Shown here: positions 51,190-63,364 of the stretch, one piece after another
How positions within the stretch are numbered: the stretch's first letter is position 1
Layout of the letters: every line of letters starts with the position of its first letter
Assembly (NCBI GenBank): GCA_013265495.1
Contig: MU057887.1
Span: 197,985-261,984 of the forward strand
Length of the DNA stretch: 64,000 bases
Direction of reading: 5' to 3'
From: Vicugna vicugna
Taxonomy: Eukaryota
Made by a program: the position numbers and the translations under genes
The notes under the pieces: model-generated
What the model was told of the DNA's origin: nothing
Seen by the model: only the letters and a program-made list of their open reading frames with translations
Database searches by the model: none

Positions 51190-51640
51190 CCCACCCTGTT
51201 CCATCAACTCTCTGATCTCTTCCCTCACACTCTCCTACCACTCACTCTCTCAGTCACACTGGCCGCCACTGGACAGGCTAGGTACGTCCCGCCTCAGGGC
51301 CTTTGCACGGGCTGTTCCATCTGTCTAGGACACTCTCCCTACAGAGAGCCACAGGCTTCACTCCCCAGCTTCTTCTACGGGCCTGGGCTCCAATGCAGAG
51401 GCCCCTCTTGACCACATTTAAAATACCCACCTGCCCCCACCTCCATCCTGCTACCTGGCTCTCCTCTCTGCCAGAGCACCCATCCCCTTCCCACCTGCTC
51501 CGTAATCCACTTATGATGCTTCTCTCTTATTACTCCTCCCCCGAGACTGTGAGTGCGTCTCAAGGGCCTATTCCGTCCACTGCTGTCTGTGCGGTGCCCA
51601 GCACAGAGTGAGCGCATGGTAGCTGTGCAGTGAATGTCAC
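51190..51640 (+). mobile_element. L2 LINE 3' fragment
   Basis: cctcagggcctttgcacgggctgttcc...gactgtgag...cactgctgtc...gtgcccagcacagagtgagcgc...gtgaatg. Confidence 0.7.
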
Positions 51641-52001
51641 AACTTGACACCGAGTGGTGGCCGCCACCCTCACCCATCCGAGCGCTCTCTCCCGGACCCA
51701 CTGGTGGGCAGACTCTGGAGTAAACGCAGTAGAGCATGAGACACCCCACCCCGTTCTGCCACCCTGTTCCCTTCCAGCCTCTGGCGCCAAAACTCCCTGC
51801 CTCCTCCCCACCCCTAGCTCCTGCTTTAAGACCCCAGCCAGGTGGCTCCCCTCTGACCCGGCCACAATGACACTGTTTTATCACCTCTCCTGTTAATCAG
51901 GACAAGCCCTTGGAGGGACCCTCTTGAGCACACTTCCCCTTGGCAGCAGCACCTGGGAGAAGGATGTTGGTGACAGAGGCAAAGAAAACTCGGCACAAGG
52001 T

Positions 52002-52225
52002 GGGGGGGGAATAGCTCAGTGGTGGAGAGCAAGGCGTGAGGTCCTGGGAAGGAAGGGAGGAAAGAAGGAAAGAGGGAAAGAAAGAGAAAGAAACAAAGAA
52101 AGAAAGAGGGAGGGAGGGAGAGAGAAAAGGAAGGAAGGGAGGCAGGGAGAGAGAGAGAGAGGAAAGGAAGAAGAAAGGAGGAAGGAAGGAAGGAAGGAAG
52201 GAAGGAAGGAAGGAAGGAAGGAAGG
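52002..52225 (+). mobile_element. Truncated tRNA-derived SINE head (52002-52047) fused to a GA-rich/(GGAA)n tract, inside a TSD
   Basis: ggggaatagctcagtggtggagagc...gaggtcctggg followed by ~180 bp of almost pure purines. Flanks aactcggcacaaggtgggg (51987) and aactctgcacaaagtgggg (52226). Confidence 0.75.
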
Positions 52226-53203
52226 AACTCTGCACAAAGTGGGGCTGTCACACTGCAGCTTAAGAAACTCCCCAGCGTTCACCTGGGATGCATTTATCGC
52301 CGCCGAGACGCATTAATCACAGAGAAGAGTGGGTATCACTGATTGTAGGAGATGCTGCTTGTCACTTTGTAACTTGCAGCTCACATTAAATTCTGGATCA
52401 CAGTCTCTAATGTGTATATATTTTAATTGCATTTTCAAGTTCATTTACATGTGCAGATTGGCTTTCCGCCTGAGTGACATCAAAGAGAAATGCGTCTCCC
52501 TCCCTTCCTCTCTCCCCTGCCCCATCCCTGTCTCGTTCTCTTTCCTGGGGCAAAAAGCTTCTCCCCAAATTGATTACAGCATCACCCATGGATGTCCTGC
52601 TGGGGCCCCCCAGGGAAGCCCCAGCAGAACCCCATCTGCCATTTCAAGTACCTTTCTGCTGCCTCCGCTCCAGGGACCCAAAGGCAGCCACTATTCTCCC
52701 TAAAGGTGACCCCGCCTGTTACCACCTTTCATCACCTTTTCTACTTGGAGGGTGACTTTGCCAGATCTGACAGATGCTTTCTTGCTTGTGAAGGTGGAGG
52801 GTATGGCCTCTGCCTATACACGCCCACACCCGCCTTCACCCCCAGTGTAGACTCCGAAGCAGAAACATGTGCAGAGGGTCCCAGTGGTGAGCAGGCCCCA
52901 GACACTCATCTTTCAGAAAGTTACCTGCACCTGGAGATCGAGTCAATTTGATTCAGTAAGTTTCATAAAACGGACAGTTCCAGAACACACTCACTGGTCC
53001 CGCCAGAGCTGCCTCCCCAACCACTGTGAATTGGAAGCCAATGACTCTGACAGTCGGACTACATTCTGAAAACCTCTGGGGTGGTGCCGCCAGCTGCTGC
53101 TGTCGGTACAAGGGCATCGTGATATGGTGTGCGGGACCCCAGCACATCTTGCCCAGGGGCCACCCCGCGGGCAAGCAGCTCCTGAAAGAAAACACCAGTG
53201 AAC

Positions 53204-53330
53204 AGAATGGAAAAGAATCTAAAAACACGTGTATATACACGTATGTATGTGTATAACTGAATCACTTTGCTGTACACCTGAAACTAACACTGTAAATCAA
53301 CTACACTTCAATAAGAGATGAAAAGAAAAG
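53204..53330 (+). mobile_element. Very short L1 3' tail (artiodactyl type)
   Basis: aatggaaaagaatct...tataactgaatcactttgctgtacacctgaaactaacac...aatcaactacacttcaataa, flanked by repeated cagtgaac (53196 and 53335). Confidence 0.82.
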
Positions 53331-55859
53331 AGAACAGTGAACGGGACTGAATGGCTTAAACAACAGGCATCCTGCACAGCTGCGCGGGGGTCGGGAAGAC
53401 CGGGGCCCCGGGGCCCGGGGGCCTGGGGCCACCCCTCCCCACTCAGGGATGCAATTCCAGCTGTGAGGAGGGGACCTGGGCAGGCGCCCTGCAGGGACCC
53501 CTGGCCTCCACATCCTGCGCTTTACGCCCTCAGGCCAAGTCTGGGGGACTTGTGCCCTCAACTTCCACCAAAGTCCACGTTCTAGCTGTGGACACACCAG
53601 TCCGTGGAGACAAAAGCAACCTGGGGTTTCTACCCCGACAGAAAGCCACCGCGGCCTGTCTTCTCCTCCACGGCAGCAGTGCCCCTGGGGCGCCGCCTGC
53701 GTCCTGCTTCCTGAATCACTGGCAATAAGGTTACATTGACAACAGCCCCCCTCTAACGCAGCTGCCCCGCGCTGCGCCGGGAATTCCACCCGGCACGCGC
53801 GACACGAGCGACGCGCGTCCTCGCGGAGCCTCGGGACAGCCCTGCCCGGGAAGCAGCACTAGCCCCGCTCTGACTCAAGGACCCGGACAACCTGCCCTCG
53901 CATCTCACTCGGGGGCTGGGGAGCTGCACACCTCTGAACAAAAACAGAAAAATCCCCCACAGATGGACTTCTTTCTGCTGCGCTTTAACAAGCCCAACAC
54001 AGGTGCTAGGAAGAAAGAATTAGGGGAAAATACAAAAGCAAAGTGCAGCCCATCCGAGACCGTGGGGGACGCCCACCAGCAGCGGTCAGAGGCCATCACC
54101 AGAACGAAGCTGTGTCTCACCACACTCGGGAAACTACTACCAAACGGTAAGTTAAAGACCAGAGGGAAAAAAATTAAGTTAAGGAAGCACGTTTGCTCCT
54201 CTGGAGAACAGAAGCCGCCTCCAAACGAGCAGACGCCTCCACCTTAAGGTATAAACCAACTACAGTGGTAATAATCAAAGGACAAGCCGAGGCGGAGGAG
54301 CTCAGGCGAGGCAGCCCCGACGGAGCAGAGGCTGCAGGAGCATTCGCTTCGGGGTCAGTCCAAGCCTTCCCCCGGCCCCACCCCCGTGACAGACGCAGAG
54401 GCTGGGTGCAGACCAGGCTCCCTCCAAAATCCTGCCATCTTCTACTCGAGCAAAGAACTCCCACTCACCATGAACGGCTGCTCGTTTGCTGGTGGTTCTG
54501 ATGCGCTAACTCCATTTCCTTCTATCGGAGCACGTGCCCTGGACTTAGATGACACACCCAACTATGCAGACATGTGACACAGTGTGTTGTCACGTCTCCC
54601 CGACGTGCGCCAGCACAGGGGCTGAGGTCTGGGAGCCACTATGGCCCAGAACTGGACCGCAGCTCCTCCAATCGCCAGCTGTGTGCCGCCAGCAAGCCAC
54701 TCAGCCTCTCTGGGCTTCAGCCTCCTCTCAGTTAAAATGGAAACTAAGAGCAGGCCTTCCCCAAACGGCGGTGTGCATAGTGACTGAGCTGGTCCACGGA
54801 GAGCACAAGAAGGGGCCTGGTCGGCAGCAGAGGGGACAGCGGTGACCTGTGATGCCCAGGTCCCTCTTGCTGAGGACCTACCAGGGGCCCGGGGATCCAC
54901 GGACCTCACTTAACCCTCCTGGCGCCGTTTCCTGAGCGCCTCCCACCCACGGCGCTCTGCTGTCTGACGTTTGATGCCTGTTCCTCCCATCTCCCAGCCC
55001 GGGGAGCGGGGAGCCGGGTTTACCACGCCAGTCTGTCCAGTTTTAAAGCCTGTGCTTAGCCTCTTTCTCACGTTCCTCTCGGAGACAGGAGTTAAAAGCC
55101 TTCTCAGTGGCACTCCTCTGCAAGGAAAGTCACACCCAGAGTCCCAGCTCCTTGAAAGCTGTAAATTCCCAACAGTGCGGGGAAGACAGCAGGGGCTTCA
55201 CCCTTCCTCCAGAAAACCGCCTCTCCCCCAAAGTCCTCCGCGTCTGAGGCAAGAGCCTTGGAGGACGGGCCAACAGACACCTCCAGAGGGGCTCCCTCCA
55301 GCCCCTCCGTGTGTGACCGGGGGTTCCCGAGACGCTGCTCCTCGGGCAGGAACGCCACTAGCTCAGGCCCCGAGACGGGCTCCAGCACCGGCAGGCGGAC
55401 CAGGCAGCGGCCACGTTCAGCACCACCGCCCACAAGTGGAGTGAAAAACCACAGCGAGCCCACAACTCGGTTCCTGAACAGACAAAGGCACTGGAGGAAA
55501 AACTTGCTAAATCACGGGGCTAATCGTCATAGCCAGCGGCTCTAATGAGGCGTCCTGGGATTACCAAAGTTATTATCAGAGTCGTCTCACTGAAAAAATT
55601 CAAAGTTAATTGAAATCAGTTGTACAGTTGCGACAGCAGGTGTTTTAAGAGGCTAACATATCAAAGCCAACTCCGTGGACAGGGAGAGGAGGCAGCACGG
55701 TTCCCAACAACCAGAAGTGACAAGCAACGCCACCCGAAGGGAGACAAGCCACAGGGCAAAGGCTCCAAGACTGTCCCCCCCACCCCACCCCCGGTGTAGG
55801 GCGGGCCTCTCCCGGGGTCACCATGCAGCGCACACACCCTCTTCAAATCAGCCCCTTTG

Positions 55860-56050
55860 CTCTGCTTGGTACTTTACACGCACTTTCTCATCTATTATCT
55901 GATTTCACCTCTGTAACTCCATGAGGTAGTTTTTACTATTGCACCCACTTTACAGATAGGAAACAGAGCTCAAGGAAGCAAAGTGGCTTGCCCGAGGCTA
56001 CTCAGTGGGAGGTAGCGAGCCGGGATAAGACTTTAGGGCCCCTGCTCTCT
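55860..56050 (-). mobile_element. MIR SINE remnant
   Basis: atgaggtag...cccactttacagataggaaacagagctcaagg...aagtggcttgcccgagg. Confidence 0.7.
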
Positions 56051-57060
56051 GGGCTAGAGGCGAGAGCACCCTCCCGGTGGTCCCGAGCTGTCTGACCTTG
56101 GGAAACTGCCTTTCCCTGACCTTTCTCTTCCACAGGGAAGATTCACCTGCCCAGCCTGACCCAAGTCATGAGATTACTCTGACAATGAAATAAAAAGACA
56201 CCCATCAGAGGCATGCTGCAACACAGGGCATCGGTGCTGCAGACAGCCAGCATGTCGTGTGTGCGATCTGTCTCTCTGCTTCTCTCCAGGTGCAAAGGTC
56301 ACTCCTCAGAAGGACCCCAGGCACCTCGTCACAGCACATCACCCCGTCTCCTGCCAGGCGAGCCTGCCAGTGAAACATTGCGTGCAGACACCTCACTGGA
56401 TTAGGTAACTGTGGATACAACTCCCTTCCCAACTACATGTGGAACTTTCTGCAGGCAGAGACCAAGTGAAAGCATTTTGTAAGTGTAAAGCCTTATAACG
56501 AGATGTCGCTATCACCAAGAGCAGCACATCACCCACCTTCACCTCCACAGCCCCACACCAGGCAGGAGCTCATTGAATGTTTGTGGAATTAAACTGAGTT
56601 GTTTCCAAGAATACAATGTCCAGTTTAGGAAAAGCATGCTTATTAGTGTATCCACCAAGCATGCTTATCCATGTTATAAATGCTCGTGTGCACAGGACAC
56701 ACCCTGTGAACACACCTCAGAACCACGTGCCGGGATGAGCAGTGAGAGGGGCTCACGCTTCATGACTTTCACGGCTGTGCTAGGAATTTTTTCTCCAACG
56801 AGCATGCACTGCTTTTACAATAAAAACTTTGTTACGGGTGGAATTCTCCCTTATCTCCTCAGTGTTACAGGAATAATAGGAAGAATATTAATCACCGCCT
56901 TCCTCGGGAAGATTTCACTTTAGCAGGAGGATGGCAATTCTTTTTCTTACTTCAACAAATCCTTCCTCTCATTTTAGAAATATAATCCTGGACAAGGTAT
57001 CAACTGCCTTGATATACGGTGCGTAGACTTCATGCGTATTTATCAGCATACGTCAATACA

Positions 57061-57275
57061 CAACTGACCCTCGAACAGCGTGGGTCTGAACTGCACGGGT
57101 CCACTTCCACACGGAGGTTTTCAGTAGTCAGCACAAGAGCAGCTCGTGATCCGCGGCTGGCCGACCCGCGGATTCGGAGGACCTGCCTGACGTGGAGGGA
57201 GGTCCAGCTACGAGTTACACGGCGTCTGCACGGAGGGTCACCTCCCCTAACTCCCACGTGGTTCAAGGGTCAAGG
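57061..57275 (+). mobile_element. Tigger2-family MITE (MER8-like)
   Basis: Inverted termini caactgaccctcgaac...gttcaagggtcaa, with internal tgaactgcacgggtccactt and gatccgcggctgg. Confidence 0.78.
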
Positions 57276-58429
57276 GCACTCACCGTTTGTTATCATACAC
57301 TTCATGAACAGTTGAAATAAAATCAATTGTAAGAACGTAAACGACAAATGTAGATATGTACATATGTACACATACACTTTCTTAAATCAACGGAGCAAAG
57401 TTGCCCACTGAGTCATCTTTTGAGGCTTCCGGAAGTGTCCCCCACTAATTCCTCAGCCCCAAGCAGCTCTGGGGAAGGCAGGAGTGGGGGGTCACACACA
57501 GCCCCTGCCCTCACCAGTCTGTTAGGTATCGGCCCCCTGGAGCACTGGGTCCAGCAGCCCCCCGCCCACATCGTGCACGGTGCCCTCATCCCTGCAACAG
57601 CCTCCCCAGTAGGTGACAGGCATCGAGGAGCTCACATGGCCGGGCCGAGCAGCCAGCGAGCTCAGGCCCCCCTCACTCTCCTCCCTTCTCATCTGCCCTC
57701 AGCTCCAGAGCCCCGGAAGCCCCAGGCCGTTTCTGAGCCCTCTGCACAAACCCTGGCCCTTCCTTGCTCTGGCTCCTAGAGGACCCCTGTCCCGTCTCCC
57801 CCAGGAAACTGTCTGCCACCTCCAGGGGCCCACACAGCATAGCTGTCACACAACTTTCCTGGAATCTCCTTGACATGTGGCCATCTACACCTCACTCTCC
57901 TGTGAGGTTTCCAAGAACAGGGAGCTGCTTTTGGAATTGAGCTCTGTGTCTGCTCAATTCACATGCATAATTTTAAAAATCTGTTCATTGTAAGCCTGTG
58001 GCAAAGGACGACACCAGGGACTCGTCTAGGACCGTCCTGCACATCATGGCTAACCCGCACACTCACCATGCTGCAGTCACCTTCTGCTCAGCAAGGATGC
58101 ATTCAGCCCGGACAGGGCAGGGCTCTCAGAACCCGGCGGGGGAAGGGAGCAGAGCAACGCGGCCCTGCCCTTCAAGGAGCGCACAGTCCAGCAGAGACAG
58201 CGGACTTCTACGAAAAGGTGAGGCCAGCTGGTGGTCAGCGGTCTCCAGGGCAGGAGCATGTTCGCGGCACCGGAGGGCCTGCAGGAGAGCAGCCGAGGAG
58301 CTCACTGTCGGGGGCAGCGCCACCCCTGCAGAGAGTGGTGGAAAACCACCAGAAGGTCTCAAGCAAGGGAGCGCCGTGACCTCATTCAAGTGTTCAGACT
58401 CTTACTCTGGTGGGGAATGTACCAGAGGG

Positions 58430-58915
58430 GGCAAGAGTAGATGCAGTTCACTGTTCACAAGAGGCAAACGGTGGAAACAACCCAAGTGTCCATCAGCTGG
58501 TGAAGGGATACCAAATGTGGTCCACCCACACCGCGGAGGGTCGTTCAGACATGAGCAATCAAGTACCGACCTGCACTACAACTTGGAGGAACCTTGAAAC
58601 CTTATGCTAAGTGGAAGAAGCCTGTCATATAAGACCACACATGACATGATTCCAGTCACGTGAAAGTTCAGAATGGTAACTCTACAGAGACAGAAAGTAG
58701 ATTTATGGAGACAGAAAGTAGATTAGTGGTGGCTTAGGGCCTGGAGGGAGAAGGGGATGAGACCCAAAGGGTTTTTGAGATGATGAAAATATTCTAAAAT
58801 TGATGGTGGTGACACTTGCAAATATTGGTGCACATACAAAAAATATTAAACTGTACACTTTACATGGGTGAATTATGTGATATATGAATTATATTTCAAT
58901 AAAGCTGTTTTTTAA
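58430..58915 (+). mobile_element. L1MB-like 3' end containing a small internal duplication (gagacagaaagtagatt x2)
   Basis: ggtggaaacaacccaagtgtccatca...aaccttgaaaccttatgctaagtg...gaaaatattctaaaattg...tgaattatatttcaataaagctgtt. Confidence 0.85.
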
Positions 58916-59588
58916 AGTGGCTGCAGGGAGGAGGCTACTGTAATCTTTCAGCTAAGAGACGATGGTAGGAGGGACCTGAGGGGCAGACAGAGGGAGGGGA
59001 AGAGGGGCCCCAGGAACACGGCTCAGGTAAAAGTGTGGGTCTGGGAGACTCTGGCTGGACGACGGGGAGTGAGGGGTCAAGGCCGAGCAGGTGACAGCGG
59101 GCACAGCCAGGACTGTGCCTCTGCTGTCTCAACCCCAAGCTCTTTTCCAGAACATGAGCCATGGAGCTTTGAGAAGCAGCACTTGCTTTCTCTTTCACGT
59201 GTAATGGTGGTGCTTTAAAAGTGAGAACTTGAACTTCAGGTCAGGAAGATTAAAATTTTCCCTCCTGATCGAGAGCAGGCTTGGGGGGAGAGCTCGGAAA
59301 ATGGAACACCCTCTCAACCGAAGGACCGAGACAACTGGGGAGCTTCCAGGATAAATCCACCCTGCGGTTTTGTTTGGTGGATACTTCCACCATGGAATCC
59401 CTCTGGTGGCCAACGTAGCTAGTGAATCACAGTGAAGACATGATTCAGCGCCTGGGTGACTGTCACATTCATAATACCTTTCAAGATGACATATTTTTAT
59501 TGCTGCACTTGAGGACAGCCCTTCGGAATCCAGAGTCCATCAAATCAACAGATTGAGCAGCACGCAAGGCCCCAGGTTCACTCTAGGG

Positions 59589-59619
59589 CGTGCGTGTGTG
59601 TGTGTGTGTGTGTGTGTGT
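59589..59619. repeat. (GT)n microsatellite
   Basis: gtgcgtgtgtgtgtgtgtgtgtgtgtgtgt. Confidence 0.95.
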
Positions 59620-62600
59620 CTTCCACACACCAGCGTGGCCTGCAGCTCTCACATAAGGCTCTTCTCACTCTATGGTGAAGTGAACTCGCCTGAAGTTCAG
59701 GTCTGAAGATGCCCGCTTCACATGGCATCTGAATGTTGTCGTGAGAAATCCAAAGAGGGAGGCAAAAACCGTTCAGTATTTATGATGGGCCTGCTATTCA
59801 CATGGCAGTGCTTGTTGCTTGACAATTTAGATAAAAATGTTACTGCCTCTCTGCATGTGCTGCAAATTCATGGCCTAAAACCACTGGAGCAACTAATGGA
59901 GTCTTCACACATCATATCTTGTTTAAGACGAGGGGGTCCATCCTCCACTGAGATCACAACCCAGTGGTGAGGTGCTGTCACATCTGAGAATGCAGCCTGG
60001 CCACGGTGGGCTGGGCCACAACGCAGCTCTGACCAACTGCCCCATATCTCCCTTTTTTTTTTTTAAGGAAAAAATATAAACTCTGTTTCTGCATAGCAAG
60101 GTCCTATAGAAGCTGGTTTCCAGTTTATCCCCTAGGCCACCAACAGTGGGAGAAACTCCGGCCAGTTACACAGTTTGTGTCTCTCTGCGTCTGACCAACA
60201 AACAGCCTATCTACTTCTAGCGTCCTTGATGAGCGTCTTTAAGCACTTGTCCATGTTTCTAGAAGTAACTAAAAACATTCCAGTGCCAAGGGCACATATG
60301 GGAGATTGATGGCAGGGCAGCAAAAGATATTAACTCACTGCTATTGTATGTCTAACAAATGTGGATGATGGGGTCATCCGTTCATTTTACTACAGCTCAT
60401 CATCCACATGTGCACTTTTAATTGAAACCTGACCTTTCCATCCCATATTCCAAGTGGGAGCAGCACAAAAACACATCTCCAGAGGTGAAGATGGTGTTTC
60501 TCCCCAGGCAAGTCTCCAAAGGGACACTACCTTTACTTTTACATTGAGTTAAAAACAAACTCTGAAATACTGGCTCCTTCATTCCTGACCCTACATTTCA
60601 GCTCCTCATAGGCAGGTGCTGGAGTGACAGAGCAGAGCCCACGGCTCCTCTTCAAGACCCTGAGGGCAGCCCCCATCACCTCAGAGAGCTTACTCAGCGA
60701 CCTTTCCCCAGCCAAGCTGCCAATCACCACCAAACTCTCCCAACGAGAGAGAGACAAGTAAATGTTAAGTCTACCCAACTCGTTTTATAGGTGACCTCTG
60801 GAAGATTTCACCGCAGAGCCTGGAAGAGACAGGGCTGCTTTATTAGCATGCTGCCTCACGGCCCCAGCCCCTCCCTCTCGCTTTTATGAGCCCTTGCTAT
60901 ATAAAATGCCACAAAGGGAAAAGGAGAAACAACACACTTACACTGGCAAACACTAGTTCCAACAGTCAGGACAAACCCTGGCTGCTTACCAGATGTTATT
61001 TTCAGTCATTTAAAAGAAATATTTTTAAAGGCCAGAGAACAAAAGTTTTTGTTGTTTTCTTTCTTCTTAAACATACACTCACACACACAAAAAGATGGAG
61101 GTACATTCCGTTCACAAGCATCCTTCCCCGAGTTCAAATTTAAAGGCGAAGGCAGTCGGGAGTAGGGTAGTTCCTTCCCCAAGCGGCACCACAACCTTCA
61201 AGCACGATTTTCAAACGTTTCTCTCTTCAGCCTCATCTAAATTCAGGCATGACAGATAATAAATAGCTACTCATTTACTATCACCATAAAAATTTAAACA
61301 GCCTTGAAATAGTTGCTAAAATACAGAAATGATCAAACCTAAGCTCCGAAAAGCCACTCCAAATAGTAAAACTATTGCCACGAAGAAGCACACATAAAGA
61401 GACATTGTTGCGATAAAAGCTGCTGGATTATTGGATTTTCTCGCTCTCTCTTTTAAATCTTCTACTCGGAGCGTAAGAGTCAACAACTTGCCGTTTTACC
61501 CGATGAAAAAAGGGCTTAGTAACCCTCAGCTATAACACTGTACCAGATTTGGTGGTGGATTTTTTCCTTTTTAAAGAAAGTACCTGATTCGATTCTACAC
61601 AGTGATTAAACATCTTTGTGCTCAGCGGAGAAGGGTCTTCCAACCCCTCCCCCTCCAAAAATGGCATCAAAGCAATCAAAATGGTAATGCCGGGCCTGGG
61701 TCCCCTCCCCCCGCGAACTCCCCGACTTCGCCGGGGCCGCGCGCCGGGCCCCCCTCCGGCGGGAATGGAAGCTTCCACTCCTGGACGGGGGCGCGGGCCG
61801 GGCGGGCGCGCGCGGCCGGGGAGGGGGCCGCGGCACCGCCAGAAAGGGGTTAATAAGCATTCGTCCCAACCCTCCCGTCCAGCCGGGCACCCCCGACCAG
61901 GCGCAGACCCGCGGGAACAGCCATCTTTCTTTCCGTAACCCCCGGCCCCCTCCTCTTTCGCACACCCCCTCCCACCACTTTTCAACTTTAAAGACTCGAA
62001 ATGAACACCCGGCCTCCGAGTTCTCCCTCGCCAGGTTCGCCGCCATCCCCTCCAGTCTCGTCCACGTCTCTCCCCGCAACGACATTCCCTCGGGGGAGGG
62101 GGCTTCTGATCAGGCCGGGGCGGCCCGGAGTTGGAGGAGGAAGGGGACAGATCGGCCGCCCGGGCGGGGGCGGGGGCGGGCACTGGCCAAGTTTGGTGCT
62201 GACGGCGGCGGCCGGCATTCCGAAGGAAGCGCGATCGATGGCCTGGGGGCTCGGCGGGGCGGGGGCGGGCCGGCGGGGCTGGCGGAGGGAGGGGAGAGGG
62301 CAGCGGGGAGGGCGCCGGCGCCTCCGCCCCCGCCAGCCTCGGAGCCCCGAGAGCGCCATTGGCTGCGCCGCTCAAAGTTCTCGGCTCCGGGCGGCTCGGG
62401 GAAGGGGAGGGAGTGCGAAAACCCCTACCGCTGAGCTCAGCGCAACTAAGTCACAATGGACAACTTTTCCTCGCCAAGGGTCCAGGAGGGGGTCTGCAGC
62501 AGAGCCCCCCACCGCGAGAAGCTTCTCGCGTGTCCCAGTCTAAACCTGACGCCCAGAGACCAAAGTTGGGGCAAAACTGGGGGGTCCTTGGGGCGCCTTT

Positions 62601-63111
62601 CTTTTGTTCCCCGGGAGCTGGCGTCAGGTTCCAAGAATAAAAGTGATGCTGGAGAAGTGGAGGGGAGGGGGGCCCGGAGGAACAATTCTTTAAATAAGAT
62701 TTGCAACGGAACCCAGAAATCGCTTCCAAGTAGTTTGGTGTCCAGGCCCGAATTACCACTCCCTCTCCCCCCACCCTCATACCCGCGTGAAGCGGGGGAC
62801 ACTGAGCCGGGTGAAATTTCCACATTCCAAAAACATGTCCACCAACTCAAAATGGACGCCGGGCTGCTCGCCGCCTTTTAAGTGCAGCTTCTCTCTTTCG
62901 GCCACTGCGGGAACCGCGCTCTACCCCCTCGGCCTCCAAGAACCCGGCTCTTTCTTTCCAGAAAAGGTAACTTTGAGGACTGGAGAGACTCTTTCCGCAG
63001 TCTGGGCGCGCGACGCCAAGGCCAGCACTTTTTAGGGTGCTGCCAAAGTGCCCGGCGACCCCTCCTCCCCACCCCGGGCCGGGGGCGGGGGGCAGGCTCC
63101 AGCTCGCTTAC

Positions 63112-63177
63112 TTGTTTGTCGCTGAGCGCGGCGATCCGCGTCTGCCTCTCGTGAAGCTGTTTCTTGAGGTCGCCGTT
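63112..63177 (-). CDS. PHF21B: PHF21B coding exon 2 (66 bp): [22 protein letters not shown], N-terminal coiled-coil segment
   Basis: Minus strand reads cccgtgtttccgcag|AAC GGC GAC CTC AAG...GAC AAA CAA|gtaagc. It matches recalled PHF21B (paralog PHF21A has [22 protein letters not shown]) and splices in frame to 2064. Confidence 0.96.
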
Positions 63178-63346
63178 CTGCGGAAACACGGGGTAGCGGG
63201 CTCAGGCCGGCCGCCGCGGGGGTCAAGTTCGCCCGGAGCCCCACGGGCCGCAGCCCCCAGCCAGGGCCGCCGGCCGCGCGCCCCAAGTTCCCTGGGCCGC
63301 GTCCCGCACGCGCGGCGGCAGGGCAGTGCCGCGCGGGGCCGCTTAC

Positions 63347-63364
63347 CTGTGGCTGCCGCCTCAT
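63347..63364 (-). CDS. PHF21B: Coding part of an alternative PHF21B first exon: MRRQPQ (5' UTR extends to higher coordinates)
   Basis: Minus strand reads ccccgATG AGG CGG CAG CCA CAG|gtaagc with a strong donor. A 169-bp intron (63346-63178) joins it in frame to exon 2. I recall a human PHF21B isoform starting MRRQP, not verified here. Confidence 0.8.

Larger units (their letters stand above)
2065..63111 (-). other. PHF21B: PHF21B intron 2 (61,047 bp, GT-AG)
   Basis: Bounded by the exon 2 donor (63111) and the exon 3 acceptor (2065). No other convincing coding exon was seen inside it. Confidence 0.88.

Noticed and set aside
51826..52316. Low-complexity ORFs (FLPS and RKEG repeats)
   Set aside because: These are translations of the (GGAA)n microsatellite.
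62178..62202. Non-canonical spaced RE1 (TCAGCACC-N6-GGCCAG on the minus strand)
   Set aside because: The right half is mismatched and the spacer atypical. It could easily arise by chance in a CpG island.
62878..63189. 103-aa ORF MFPQNGDLKKQ... as a standalone gene
   Set aside because: Only 63177-63112 is coding (PHF21B exon 2). The rest is read-through past the splice sites.
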